The translations under genes and the position numbers were made by a program. This document shows positions 47,837 to 61,310 of a DNA stretch of 64,000 nt, piece by piece. Source of the stretch: Lama glama (taxonomy: Eukaryota); the NCBI GenBank assembly GCA_028534125.1, contig CM052816.1, forward strand, positions 496,001-560,000. The letters are read 5' to 3'. Numbering within the stretch: the stretch's first letter is position 1; the number at the start of each line of letters is the position of its first letter. The notes beneath the pieces were generated by a model, which made no database searches, had not been told where the DNA came from, and saw nothing but the letters and a program-made list of their open reading frames with translations.

Positions 47837-50800
47837 CCAATAAAAATAATATTAAGGCATAAATCAAACTCAATGATTATCACATCAGCCAACATATTTT
47901 TTTAAAGTTGACTTATGAAAGCAGAGTTACATTAGCATCACCACACCAGTTAGTCTCTCAGAGATCATACCATCTTGTCCAACAGTACTTTTCTGACGGA
48001 AAACATTTGGAAGGTCATGCTAAATCCAAAGTCATCATAGCTAGGACTATGATTGGTTTTTTTTTCTGTCCCCGCCTCATCCAGAGTGAGGAGAGGTGAC
48101 AGAGAGGCATTCCTCTCATCAGTGAGCGGGTCTTATGTCAGGGAGAGAGACAGAATTGTCTTCATGGCTAACACGTCTGCCTTGGGATTATCAGGACTTG
48201 TCTGAAGGCTGAGCACAGGCAAAGTTGATGTCTAAGGAGGTAAGAACTGCATCCAGATAGCCACTGCCAGGTGTGGAGTGTCCAATCCCACTCCATTCTA
48301 CTGGTTCCCTGGCGGAGAGGCCACGAGAAGTTTAGATGTCTCATGAAGGTCCCCGGACACCATAACAAACAATGTATTGGTGTATCCGTGTGGCAGAATT
48401 GGCAGGTGGGCCAAAAAGTGCCAGGCCATGTTGGTTGTTCATTCCAGGACAGGTGGTACGAAAGAGATGTGTCCCTTTCTGCCTGGCTTTTTGATCTGAC
48501 CACCCTCAAGAAGAGGGACAAGCACCTAGAAGAAAGCACAGATACAAAGGAGAGATTCAATACGTGGATTGTGGTGATTGAAGAGGTAAATGCACTCTCT
48601 GAGAATATTATGTATATTATATGGCATTAAAGCATTCTGGTTCCCTGAAGATCTACTACTCATCTGGTCTTAAGACTCAACTGAGACCCTTGTTAATAGC
48701 CCAGGCCCTATTCCAGGAAGTTTTGGCTGTGGTATAGAAATCAGTTCTCTCACAGAAGTCTTTGATTCTGATGAAGAGGTAACTTTGGGAAATGTCACTG
48801 GGTAGGTGGAGGGCAGGCTCTAGAAGCAGGCTGCCAGGGTTACTTTATGGCTTCTTGTCTCTGGAAAATTCCTCAGTCCCTCTAAGCTCCAGTGCTTTTA
48901 GAAGAAAAATGAGAATACAGTTATTAATTTATATAAATTCATTCTTATCTCGTGGATTGTTGAGAGAATTTACTTATAAACAATGTGGGTAAAGTGATAG
49001 CATTTAATGAGTGATCAGTAACTATTACATTCTTATCATTGTTGTTAAGGTGATGAATTTTACCAAATTGCTCTTGAATGATGTCAATATGCATTCAAGG
49101 CAGTAAGTCTAATTGCTGTAACTAAAATGCTTCAAGTGCCATGCAACAAGATTCTGTTTCTTTACTATAGACTCCTAAGATGTTTTTGTCTCACTATAAA
49201 TTGATCATTTAAATAATTGCATTGACCTAGGGCAACAGGCAAACCCAAATCTTAAGTCCTCCTTGAAATGAACTGAGTAAAACTAGAGCCACGAGCAAAA
49301 ACACTGTGTCCCCTGTGTTCATACATCATATTATGTATTTCTGAGGGGCAGAATGTATTTCTAAGTGTGTAGTAATTGGTTCATTAAAAGCCATCTCAAA
49401 ACAACAACAACCAAAAAACATAGGCTTTTCGTTTGACTCTCAACCTACAGCACACCTATAGGTAAGAGAGGTGAGACCAACCTCACTTCAGGGAAGAAGT
49501 AAAGCTATTTGGAAAGCTTATTTTTGGACGAGAAGAAAATATGACACAGTGTGGATTAAAGTGATGAAAGAGGGCAGAGAGTTAAGTGGATAAAAGAAAA
49601 CTGGTAGAGAAATAGGAAGGCAATGTGGGGAAATTGCAAAGAAAATCGTACCATATTGGATCACTCTTGTTGGCAGGAGGGAAGTGTGGCTACTTGTATT
49701 TTAACTTAGTAGACCAAGAAGACCCCAATATTTCCCTGTTACTCTGGCTCTGATGCTTGGAATTCCAGCATTAGTATGAACGAAATTTCATTTTTTTACT
49801 GAAAATTTAACCTTCTCACCACCCACACATCAGATTAAATATTAGAGCAACATATGCAGCCAATCAATTACTGGGAACATCCTTGAACTTGACAGAAAGC
49901 CTGAGAGTGCTGGGCACCTGATATGGTCCAGGGAAGCCATCAGAAGACGAATAATTCAAATGAAGAAGTTAATAGTCCTCTTCATAATTTGGCTTAAGAC
50001 AGGAAAATGACCAACCATGTGCATTGTTCTCATGGCTCTTGTATGTACACCACCATCAATGAACATGGTTCTTGTCCTTCCTCTGTCCTCTGTGATCCCT
50101 ACAAATCAGTCTGGAGAGTGTCAATGGTAAATGTGTCAACCTCTCCCACATGAACAGAGGACAGTAGTTCTAAGACCAGTGCACCATCTAAATGCTCTTT
50201 GTCCAAATACTGCGTGAACCATTGCTAGTATGACTCTATGACAACCTAAGTAAGCTGCCTGCCTATGTGACAGGCTCACAGAAGGCACTGTGAATCGTCA
50301 CCAGCAATACAGAACATGATCAGGGTGCCTGACGCTTACAGCCAAAGATGCTCGACATTCAGGAAACATGCACTGAACATCTGCAACGTTCCAGAAGTTG
50401 CCTAAGGTTTGGCTTCATAAAATCATTCTTAAAGCCATTCGCCTTCTTCTCTTTCCACTATACTTTCTGTCCGGCATGATCACATCAATCCCCATGGCTT
50501 CCTTTCCTTCTGCAATTATGCATACTACTTCTAACATTTCGCTGACTTTCTCTCACTTTTCTCCAGAAGGCCTGAGCCCTAAACCCAAAGAACTGCCCAC
50601 AATCCTATTCTCTGTTGTTTCTCTGCTTCATTATGCACAGTGTTCCTGACACACGGGACACCCTCTCTCAAATGGAAAAGTTCTTAGCCATCCTTCAAAA
50701 CGGAGTTAAAATGTCACATTCAGCACAAAGACTTCCTTTATTTCTTCGTAGCTTCTGAACAACTTTACCGATTTAAAACAACCTCATATTTTGTTATAAT

Positions 50801-51989
50801 AATCCATCCGTTTCCCTCAAGCGTATGAAGCCAGAGGTGAGGTCTTACTCACTGTCGAATCTTAATAGTCTACACTAGCGTTTGTCCAGCACAGACATTG
50901 GACTCAATAGACCTGTGTAGAGTGAAAGAATGACTGAAGAGTCAGTGAAATAACGTGGGAAAAAACGAGGATTAATTTCCAACTCTCTCAATACATAAAT
51001 CTGGAATTCACCTACTTTACCACCAATATTAAATAAAACTAGCACATGACTATATGGTTTTATAAAAATGTATAATCTTAGATGCACCCTGAAATAAAAG
51101 GAAAGAATGATGGGAATGTGAGATTTTTATTGTTTTGGATATAAGTTATAACAAAATACTGGATGTATCTGAAAGACACATCTCATGGGATTCAAGTGTT
51201 ACTTGATTTACTGTGTAAGGTCACAATTACTGTACAACACTGAGTCAACTTGGCCAAGTCACCTAACCTCAGTGAGTTTCATTTCCTGGTTGGTATAAAA
51301 TAAATATTGTACTATACCTGTATTTACCACCCTGGCCTGATTATAAGAACCACATGGAGAATATGATTTAATAGATCTGGAGAAGGGAACCAGTGTGTTT
51401 TCAACAGGCAACTTCAGAATCAAGAATGCTTGATTTGGGGGGAAGAGTATAGCCCAAGTGGTAGAACATGGTTTCATGGAACCGTAAGAATCAAATATTG
51501 TATTATTGGATTCTCAGAAGCTATAAAGCAGAAAATATGCAAACAAAATTTATTTTGTCACACAATCGTTGATAACCTACCTCTTCAAAGTACAGGCCTA
51601 GACTGTCTTAGGAGTTCAAAGCATTTAAGAACAACAGCAGAATCCCTCTTCTGAAAAGATTAACAGTCTACAGAGTTAAAGGATAGGACATTTGTCCACA
51701 AATAACTGTGGTTTAAGGCAGACTGTGACATGCACTGTGATAGGCTGATGAACAAAACAAAGAAAAGGGGAGCAGTGGATGCCAACTGGGAGGACCACAG
51801 GGGGGGAGCATTTGAGCTGGGACTCTGAAAGTGGCTAATACGATTTATCAATTAAAGTAAAACTGAATTGCTGTTCCTCTATCCAAACTGATTTTTTTAA
51901 AATATGCCTCAGAAGCTTATGGCTTGCTCACAGCTCTTCTCCCTGGATCACACTCATGCACCTGTTATAATTTCTTGTACTTAACATCA

Positions 51990-52891
51990 TTTTTCCTCCA
52001 GTTTTATTGAGATACGACTGACATACAGCCCTTTAAGGTGTACAGCATAGTGATCTGACTTACATACACCAGGAAATGGTTACCACAATCAGTTTAGTGA
52101 ACACCCATCATCTCATATAGACACAAAATTAAAGAAACAGAAAAAACTTTTCCTTCTAACGAGAACTCTTAGGATTCATTCTCTTAGCTTCCATATATAA
52201 TGTACAGCAGGGTCAATTATGTTATCATTTTGTACCTTACATCCCTAGTTCTTTTTTACCTTACAACTGGAAGGTTGTACCTTTTAGTCAAAAGGACCCC
52301 CTTGCTCCCATCCCCCACCTCTGATAACCACAAATCTGATCTCTTTTTCTGTATTTTGTTTGTTTGTTTTTGAAGTATAATTATTTTTATTTTTATTGAG
52401 TTATAGTCAGTTTACAATGTTGTGTCAGTTTCCAGTGTAGAGCACAATTTTTCAGTTATACTTGAACATAAATATATTCATTGTCACATTCTTCTTCACC
52501 ATGATCTACCACAAGATCTTGTATGTATTTCCCTCTGTTGTACAGTATAATCTTGTTTATCTATTCTACATATGCCTGTCAGTATCTACAAATTTTGAAA
52601 TCTCAGTCTGTCCCTTCCCACCTCTCACCCCCTTGGCAACCACAAGTTTGTATATTATGTCTATGAGTCTATTTCTGTTTTGTATTTATGTATTTTTTTT
52701 AGATTCAGCATATGAGCGATCTCATATGGTATTTTTCTTTCTCTTTCTGGCTTACTTCACTTAGAATGACATTCTCCAGGGACATCCATGTTGCTGCAAA
52801 TGGCATTATGTTGTCCTTTTTATGGCTGAATAGTATTCCATTGTATAAATATACCACAGCTTCTTTATCCAGTCATCTGTTGATGGACATT
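51990..52891 (-). mobile_element. LINE-1 3' ends: older L1MA-like (51990-52380) plus younger L1 (52380 to gap)
   Basis: ttttattgagatacgactgacatacagc...aagtataa, then ttttattgagttatagtcagtttacaatg...tgatggacatt running into the gap. Confidence 0.85.
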
Positions 52892-53391
52892 NNNNNNNNN
52901 NNNNNNNNNNNNNNNNNNNNNNNNNNNNNNNNNNNNNNNNNNNNNNNNNNNNNNNNNNNNNNNNNNNNNNNNNNNNNNNNNNNNNNNNNNNNNNNNNNNN
53001 NNNNNNNNNNNNNNNNNNNNNNNNNNNNNNNNNNNNNNNNNNNNNNNNNNNNNNNNNNNNNNNNNNNNNNNNNNNNNNNNNNNNNNNNNNNNNNNNNNNN
53101 NNNNNNNNNNNNNNNNNNNNNNNNNNNNNNNNNNNNNNNNNNNNNNNNNNNNNNNNNNNNNNNNNNNNNNNNNNNNNNNNNNNNNNNNNNNNNNNNNNNN
53201 NNNNNNNNNNNNNNNNNNNNNNNNNNNNNNNNNNNNNNNNNNNNNNNNNNNNNNNNNNNNNNNNNNNNNNNNNNNNNNNNNNNNNNNNNNNNNNNNNNNN
53301 NNNNNNNNNNNNNNNNNNNNNNNNNNNNNNNNNNNNNNNNNNNNNNNNNNNNNNNNNNNNNNNNNNNNNNNNNNNNNNNNNNNNNNNNNNN
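52892..53391. other. Assembly gap (500 N)
   Basis: Run of exactly 500 N. Confidence 1.
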
Positions 53392-56113
53392 TCAATGAGT
53401 TAAAACATGTAAATCACTTAGAACAGTGCGAGCAAGGAGCAAGTGCAACGTTATATAGATCCAAGCTTCTGATTGTGTTTTATTTACTCATGAAATTGCC
53501 ATCTTGAAATCATGTAGTCCAGCTTTGTTATGTACAAATAAGGGCACAGAGCTCCAATAAGACTCTATTTCCAGGTGGCATCGTCCCGTTAGCTCACTTA
53601 GCCTAATGTGTAACACACAAGCTGGAAAATCCAGAAGAAACCTTCAAAAGACTGAGCCAGTGCCACAGGGATCTGAGCCTGTTTCTGGGGGCATCTGGGA
53701 CTTGGAACTTGCAGCTCGAATTCCCAAAGGCCACTGGCACTACCCAACAACCAGACTGAGAGGCACATTTCCTGCAAGTCCTAAGCCAATGGGAATCCCA
53801 AGTTAACAGCTATTACTGAGCACACATGTGGGTAAAGGCTTTGTACAGAGGCTCTGCCTGTATCCATATGTCCTCCAACATGGAAGACACACACCTGGGG
53901 TCTTTTGTTTCCCTCCTGCCTGTTTCCTGAGAGCAGCAGATTTAATTATCTATCGCGGGGGGAGGAGAAACTGTGTCTGTTTACATTACCTACATATTAG
54001 AACAAGGGTGGGGAGAAGAGTTAAATTACTGATGCCAAGGCTACACCACCAGGTTCCTGAGTGATGCAGATAACTTCTAGGTGCAGCCAGCATTCAGATC
54101 CACCACCAGGAGCCCTGTCATCAGCTATCACTATTTGGAGACCAATTAAATCTTCCCTTAGTCAGTTTTTGCCACACTTGTCTGGTGGTAGAGATAACCT
54201 GAGACCATAATAAATACACATATTCCTGGCCCATGCCTGGCATTTTAGATTCAGGAGCCCTGGAATTCCTCTATTTCTTCAACTCTCAGGTGATGTCTAC
54301 AGTTGGGCAAGTTGGGGAGACACTGGTCCAGAAAAGACACTACAGGAGTAATCTGGGCTGTTTTCACTCAGTGATACCAGCTGTGGGAGGGATAGCATGT
54401 TAACTCTCAATTGTGAGTTAACATAACTAAGGCTCTTATAGGTTCTGTTAATAGATCTGTCCCCTAAGACGCTGGGTCCTTTGTTGGATTCTGGTGAAGA
54501 TTCGGGTGCATGAGTACTCTGGGTGATCCAGCACCTTATTTAACCCTTGTGGGTCACGGTGTAATGATGAGGCTCAAGGAGAAGTCAAATGAATAATCTT
54601 CATGAAGACCAAGCCTGTCATCCTGACGCCACCAAGTGTACAGCTCCAATGAACAGAGCTACACCACCATGAAGGGACCTTGAGGATTTCAGGTGAGACC
54701 AGGCACAGTGAGGATACCAGCTAGGGGTACTTCCTGAAAGGTCACACTCAGCTTAGAACTTTCCAACTTCCTGTTTTGACCTCACGGAGTATTATATCTA
54801 CAAACCTACGGAGGAGAGAAATGGTCTCCCTGTACACATCGTCCATGAAAGAGTTAAGTCTTACTATCCTATATCATTTTGCAAAGGGCTTTGTAACACT
54901 CAGGCCTTTGCTCTGCCCCTCACAGATCTGGAATGTTCCCATTCTTCCACAGAGAGCAAAAGTGTCTCCTAAAATTAAAGGAGGCAGAAAGTCCTACATC
55001 TATTGAGAACCAAATTTGCTTGCTCAGATTTACAAATATTTAAAAGAATCAGTGTGCTTCTGTGCTTTTAGATAGGCTGCCTTACATCTGACAGCTATGT
55101 ACGAAATGTCATTCAATTGTTCTTGGTTTTGTAATGCTAAATGAAAACCATATTCTCCAACTCAACAAGGTATGAAAGAATTTTATGTTTTTCTCTTAAC
55201 GTTAAACAGTGAGAGCAAAATAACATACTGGAATATAAACACTCAGAGGCCATCTAAACTACATGTAAGCAAAGGAATCACCTAAAATATAAATTCATAT
55301 GCATGTTTATAGATAAAATACACATACACACACACCCCTCCAGAGATGGGATTCTAAATAATCTCAATTAAAAAAGTGACTTACAAAACATATTTATACA
55401 TACCTTTCGGTCACCTAAACAAAATATCCCATGTTTAATCAATTACATGTCAATCATTCCCACAAACAAATCACATTCCAAATGTCTGGTCCTACTCCGT
55501 TCTAGTTTTTGCTTCGTCTTGTCCATGTTCTACTTTCTGTTCTCAGCAGTTTCTTTTCAGTCTGTCTTGTGCATTTCCCACATGGACCTTACATTATTCT
55601 GGAGAGCTTTTGTTTCTTAGATTCCTTTTCTTCTTTGTTTTTAATAAGAAAATGGTCTAAATGATGCCTTCCTGGCAGGTGCAGGATGACCATGCCTTCT
55701 GTCCTCTAGATTTGCTCACAGACATCTTCTGCTGTGCTGCCTTCGGAGAACAACCATCTGTGCCTCCTCCCCACACCATCTTCCACCCCGGAACTTCACT
55801 TAGCCTTCACCAGACTCCTACTGCATGTGTTTATGTAACATCAAAACACCTGTTCAGAAATGAAAACTTACTCTTCAGGCTTTCACTTTTGGACAAGAGA
55901 AAAAAAATCTGACTAACTTTTCCCTTGAAAATGCCTGCTCTTTCAATCTCCTTTTGTAGCTGCAGGGAATTTTGGGTGTTAATTACAAAGAGCATTTGAT
56001 TAAAATAAAGAATAAAAATCACTGCAACACCATCATCTTATTTATACCAGGGAGTACAGTTTGAGAGGAAGATACCCTTGAGCAAGATTCAGTAGACTCC
56101 AGTATCTGCTTTT

Positions 56114-57050
56114 ATTTGTTTGTTTTGTATATATTTTTTACTGAAGTATAGTCAGTTTACAATGTTGTGTCAATTTCTGGTGTACAGCACAATGCTTCAG
56201 TCATACATGAATATACATAAATTCATTTTCATATTTTTCACCATAAGTTACTACAAGATATTGAATACAGTTCCCTATGCTATACAGTATAAGCTTGTGG
56301 TTTATCTATTTTATATATATTACTATCTGCAAATACTGAACTCCCAATTTATCCCTTCCCACCCCCTTTCCTCTCTGGTAACTATAAATTTGTTTTCTAT
56401 GTCTGTGAGTCTGTTTCTGTTTTGTAAATAAGTTTGCTTGTCTTTTTTTTTAGATTCCACATGTAAGTGATATCATACGGTATTTTTCTTTCTCTTTCTG
56501 CCTTACTTCACTTAGAATGACGACCTCCAGGTCCATTCATGTTGTTCCAAATGGTATTATTTCATTACTTTTTATGGCTAAGTAGTATTCCATTGTATAA
56601 ATATAGCACAGCTTCTTTATCCAGGCATCTATTGATGGATATTTGGGCTGTTTCCATGTCTTTGCTATTGTAAATAGTGCTGTGTGAACATTGGGGTGCA
56701 GGTATCTTTTTGAATTAAGGTTCCCTCTGGATATGTGCCCAGGAGTAGGATTACTGGGTCATATGGTAAGTCTATTCCTAGTCTTTTAAAGAATCTCCTT
56801 ACTGTTTTCCATAATGGCTGCACCAACCTGCATTCCCACCAGCAGTGTAGGAGGGTTCCCTTTTCTCCACAGCCTCTCCAGCATTTATCATTTGTGGACT
56901 TTTAAATGATGGCCATTCTGACTGGTGTGAGGTGATAACCTCCTTGTACTTTTGATTTACATTTCTCTGATAATTAGCAATACTGAGCATTTTTTCATGT
57001 GCCTTTTGACCATTTGTACGTCCTCACTGGAGAATTGCTTGTTTAGGTCT
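56114..57050 (-). mobile_element. 5'-truncated LINE-1 with perfect 16-bp TSD
   Basis: TSD TCCAGTATCTGCTTTT at 56098-56113 and 57051-57066; ORF2 C-terminus and 3' UTR on the minus strand. Confidence 0.93.
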
Positions 57051-58521
57051 TCCAGTATCTGCTTTTTTGAACAATAGCTCACTTAATTTCTCGGAGTATA
57101 AATTTCTCAATCTATAATGTAGGAAGGAAACAGCTGTTGTTTCCATCTCAGGGGTTGTTGTGGGTGATCCAGCCAGATAAGGTTTGTGAACTATCAGCTT
57201 CAGTGCAAAAGAAAGTGGTTCAATGACTGGAGCTCACCTGACAACTGCTCTCCCAAGTGGGTCTGTATCAACCACTCCTTAAGCTAAAGCATCTCCTCCC
57301 TGACATGCCAACTACACTGTACAGCCAAAAGGAGTGGAAACATTGTCGCCCACTGAATGAGTTGGGACCTACTTTCTTAGGCCAATAAAGTGAATTAGCA
57401 ACAAAAAACCTTAGCTGGACATATTTCTGAATTCCCAGTTCTTTCCTGGCCTCCCAGGGAAAAGCCACCATGCACTATGACTTTGCTGGTTCCCAGAAGT
57501 GTCATGTTTGACCTAGATAGCCAGTATTCCAAGGATATTCATGCCTCATCCACATGCGTCACTGAGAGATAACACTGGAACTTCTGTCCCTTATTGACCA
57601 TTCAATCCAGATCAGAATCCAAAAAGAAAAAGATAAATTTTCCTGGAAGAGTCTGCTCCAGGGAACAGAATTAGGATACGACATGTTAGACTTAATTTAC
57701 TCTATCAACTAGCTCATATGGTTGATTTTTTGAAGAAAAGAACAAAATGTGGGTTCAGAATACCAAAATGTTGGTAAAATTAAAAGAAAGAGAAAAATCA
57801 AGAAGATTACTGGCTAGAATGTGAAAGTATTTAATCAATTAGCTTTGGTACTCAATTATCTTAGAATCATAGAATATTGAAACAGATCAGATCTTAGGTT
57901 CTAGACCAGAGGCTCTTAAACATTTTGCTTAAGAAGAAATGGACAACTACTAATTAGAATAAAGAGTGACAGGATAAGATTTTATCTGATGAGAATAATA
58001 TTTTGCTGTTTTAACATGATGAATAGTAGAAATGGGTTGCTAGAAGTAAAATTCAATATAACCCTAATATGTGGATTAACAAAAAATTGTTTTAGATGTA
58101 TCTTCCAGTCATGTATAAGGCTTGGTCACATGCCCCTTTTACTCTGAGTTATGAGGATCAAGGCTAACCTCACCAGCCAGGTCATATCAAGACTTAAACT
58201 GGATTCTCTCTGTCCAGAGGCTTTCTGGGTGGCAGAAACCTGCCTCTCACTATTAGTACCTTCCCAGAATAAATCTTTCATACAACAGGTGGTGAGAACT
58301 GGGCTTCCTTGAACTCACAGAATAGGTCCCATGGAGTTTCTTGTAAGCCGGCCTGTGTCTACATGTTTACTCAATAAATGTCTGTAGGTTTGGCAAAATT
58401 TAGTCTGAAACTTGCTAAGTTGCTTGCTGTCTTATTTCTTCCCCAGTTTTAGAGGGGCCATGGGGGAAAGAGCTAACATTTTCTCAGTTTAATACATCTT
58501 TGGCTACTTCCGTGATCTTTA

Positions 58522-58525
58522 ACAC

Positions 58526-58565
<40 letters not shown>
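58522..58565. repeat. (CA)n microsatellite
   Basis: CA run with one CG interruption. Confidence 0.95.
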
Positions 58566-58568
<3 letters not shown>

Positions 58569-59179
58569 ATTGGCTTAGGCAGGTTCATAAGAAGAAATAG
58601 TAAAACTCATACCATGGACCTATGAAACTACTTTGGAATGTAGTTTGCGATCTTGGAACAACAAATCATATCAACTCACCAGTATGGCTGTGCTGGTGTT
58701 TGTTACGATAACTCACTGAAGCAGTAGATTATTTTGGCATTGATCATTTTTTTAAGTTTTCATGCAGAGGAATCCAACTGGCCTTCAGTTCATTTTGTTG
58801 ACTCTGAGAAGCAAACTCTATTGGGAGTAATAGGTTCTTAATTTTGAAACAGAAAATGAAAAATAGTTTTAATCACCTGAGCATCCATGAGATGTATGTG
58901 TATGTTCATCAGCGTGTGTAACAGGTCCTTATCAGATCTGTAAGGCATCAGCTAATCAACTTGACATGTGACACAGAGCAACTGTAATCATTCCATTACT
59001 GCCTGTGGTTACAGCGCCAGAGCTCTGGAGCTGTCCGAGGTACCAGTCAATTCTGTTAGTTATATAGTTAAGAGAAAATATGGAAGCCAGTCTATGTGTG
59101 TGTCTGTGTGGCTAAGAGAAGAATGTAACAGCATGCCCAGGTATCACTGCTTACTAGGGGCCTCATATCTTTGCCAGGA

Positions 59180-59360
59180 CCAGCCTTCTCAAACCCAGTT
59201 TATGTTACCAGTATCAGAATCATTTGGGCTCCTCTTAGAGATGCAAATTTCAGGATCTCATGCTAGATCCAAGCATCCAAATCTCTGGGAGTGGGTTCTG
59301 GAATCTGCATTTTAGCAAGTAGTCCATGTGGTCCTAGTGCACAGTAGTGTCTAAGAGCCA
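59180..59360. mobile_element. MER5-like hAT DNA transposon
   Basis: ttctcaaac...atcagaatcatttggg...atgcaaatttcagg...aatctctgggagtggg...ggaatctgcattttagcaag. Confidence 0.7.
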
Positions 59361-60371
59361 CAAGTCAGAGCTCAGAGGGGTTCAAGAAACCAAGAAGTAA
59401 GAGTAGAAAGAGATGGGGCAGCAACTCTCCCCAGCTGGCTAAGAGACTCTGCCAACCTCAGGGCAGAGGCTCCTGGTGTTCATGGAGGCTCAGGAAAACA
59501 CTTTTTATCTTTATGAAATGTTCCCAAAGCTGACAGAAGATACCTCTCTCAGATATTTGGGTGTTCTTTTTCTGGTGGATCAGGCCGGCTAGAAATGCAA
59601 AAGGCAACTGGGTGGAAGCTGTAAAACCCTTGACACAATTTCCTTGTTTCTCTCTATACAGATGAAACCAAATTCCATCTAAGTTAACTCTAAAATACTA
59701 TGAGAATGGACAACAACTTTAAAAGTTGTGTTCTTTCTCATCCTTCTTGGACACATCAAGTTTAATCTTTGCTGCTTGTTGAATCTCTGAATACAGTTGA
59801 TGAGAAAAGACTTAGAAAACCCATTCTACTGAGCAAACAAATGTTTCTGAGTCCCATGTGTGTGTCAGCATTCAATGGCCCCTGCCCCAAAGGAAATGCA
59901 AAATCAAGTTGATACTAAGGTTTCCCAAAATGCAGTTCTTTACTTCAAAAGACATGTATAGCCCATGTTATACATGAATCATAGAATTATTTTATTAAAG
60001 CATCCTTGTGAGATGCAAAATTGCATTGACTGAAATCAAGAACATGAAAAAGCATGAATATTAGAATTCTTCATATCATCAAAAGAGGAGAATTAAAGAT
60101 GAAGTAGAAAAAGTGCATATAGAAAAGTTTAGAATATTGATGGGGAAAAAGTCTAGTAGATGTCATCTTTATGCTCTGGTTATTAATTCTTCTCCTATGA
60201 TTTCAACACCTTTATGAAATGGATAAAATTCTGTTTTCAGTTCCCAGAAAAGGTTTCATGTTATGCTATCAATTGCTAAATTTACCATCCTGGTTTAATT
60301 CATTTGTCTTATATACATGTGTGTTTTGAAAGCCCCCATTATCTTTCAGGTGAAACTGGTAAGGAGAGAAT

Positions 60372-61310
60372 ATGGAGACAGGAAATGAGACATTGAGCAC
60401 AGACTTCATTCTCCTGGGCCTTTTCCCTGGAATGAGACACACTGGGCTCCTTGTTTCCACCGTCCTCCTCGTCTACACCATTGCCATCACAGGAAACACC
60501 ACCCTGATCTTCCTCATCTGGGCAGATCCCCGCCTTCATACCTCCATGTATTTCCTGCTGAGCCAACTCTCCCTCATTGACCTGGCCTTCATCTCTAGCA
60601 TAGTCCCCAAAATGGCGACCAATTTCTTCTCAGGGAGGAGAAAGATCTCCCCGACTGGCTGTGGGGCCCAGGTCTTCTTCACCTTGGCTCTGGGGATAGC
60701 TGAGTGCCTCCTCTTGACATTCATGGCTTATGATCGCTATGTGGCCATCTGTCACCCTCTCAAATACTCGATCATTATCAGCCGCCAGGTCACCCAGCTG
60801 ATGGCCATGGGGTCCTGGGTGGGCGGGGCTCTGGCATCCTTGGTCCATACATCCTATGCTCTGCACTTTCCCTTCTGTGGCCCCCGAGAACTCCACCACT
60901 TCTTTTGTGAGGTCAAAGCCATCCTGAAGCTGTCCTGCGAGGACACCTCTGCCTATGAGAAAGGGGTAGTTATGACCAGCACTGTTGTGGTTCTACTCCC
61001 CATAGGCCTCATTCTGACCTCCTACACCCTCATCTTCCTCCAGGTCCTGCAAATGAACTCCCCCGAGGGCAGGAACAAGGCCTTGGCTACCTGCTCCTCC
61101 CATCTTACTGTGGTCACCTTTTACTATGGCCCAGCCATGCTGATATACATGAGGCCTGGGTCTTCCCATACCCCGATTTTGAACCAGGCTCTCTTTATGT
61201 TTGACACCATCTTCACTCCCATGCTGAACCCTCTCATCTATAGCCTGAGGAACAGGGAAGTGGTGGGCTCGATGAGGAAGGTGCTGGGGAGGTACCTCAT
61301 CTCAAAGTAG
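60372..61310 (+). CDS. Olfactory receptor, class II OR2-like, intact (312 aa)
   Basis: METGNET...DFILLG, LHTSMYFLLSQLS, MAYDRYVAICHPLKY, HFFCE, KALATCSSH, PMLNPLIYSLRNREV. Acceptor tttcag at 60349. Confidence 0.97.
   Translation: METGNETLSTDFILLGLFPGMRHTGLLVSTVLLVYTIAITGNTTLIFLIWADPRLHTSMYFLLSQLSLIDLAFISSIVPKMATNFFSGRRKISPTGCGAQVFFTLALGIAECLLLTFMAYDRYVAICHPLKYSIIISRQVTQLMAMGSWVGGALASLVHTSYALHFPFCGPRELHHFFCEVKAILKLSCEDTSAYEKGVVMTSTVVVLLPIGLILTSYTLIFLQVLQMNSPEGRNKALATCSSHLTVVTFYYGPAMLIYMRPGSSHTPILNQALFMFDTIFTPMLNPLIYSLRNREVVGSMRKVLGRYLISK

Noticed and set aside
48168..48700. Overlapping 119-130 aa ORFs
   Set aside because: No recognisable protein; the sequence resembles an ancient LTR (attaaag...catctggtct) but too weakly to call.
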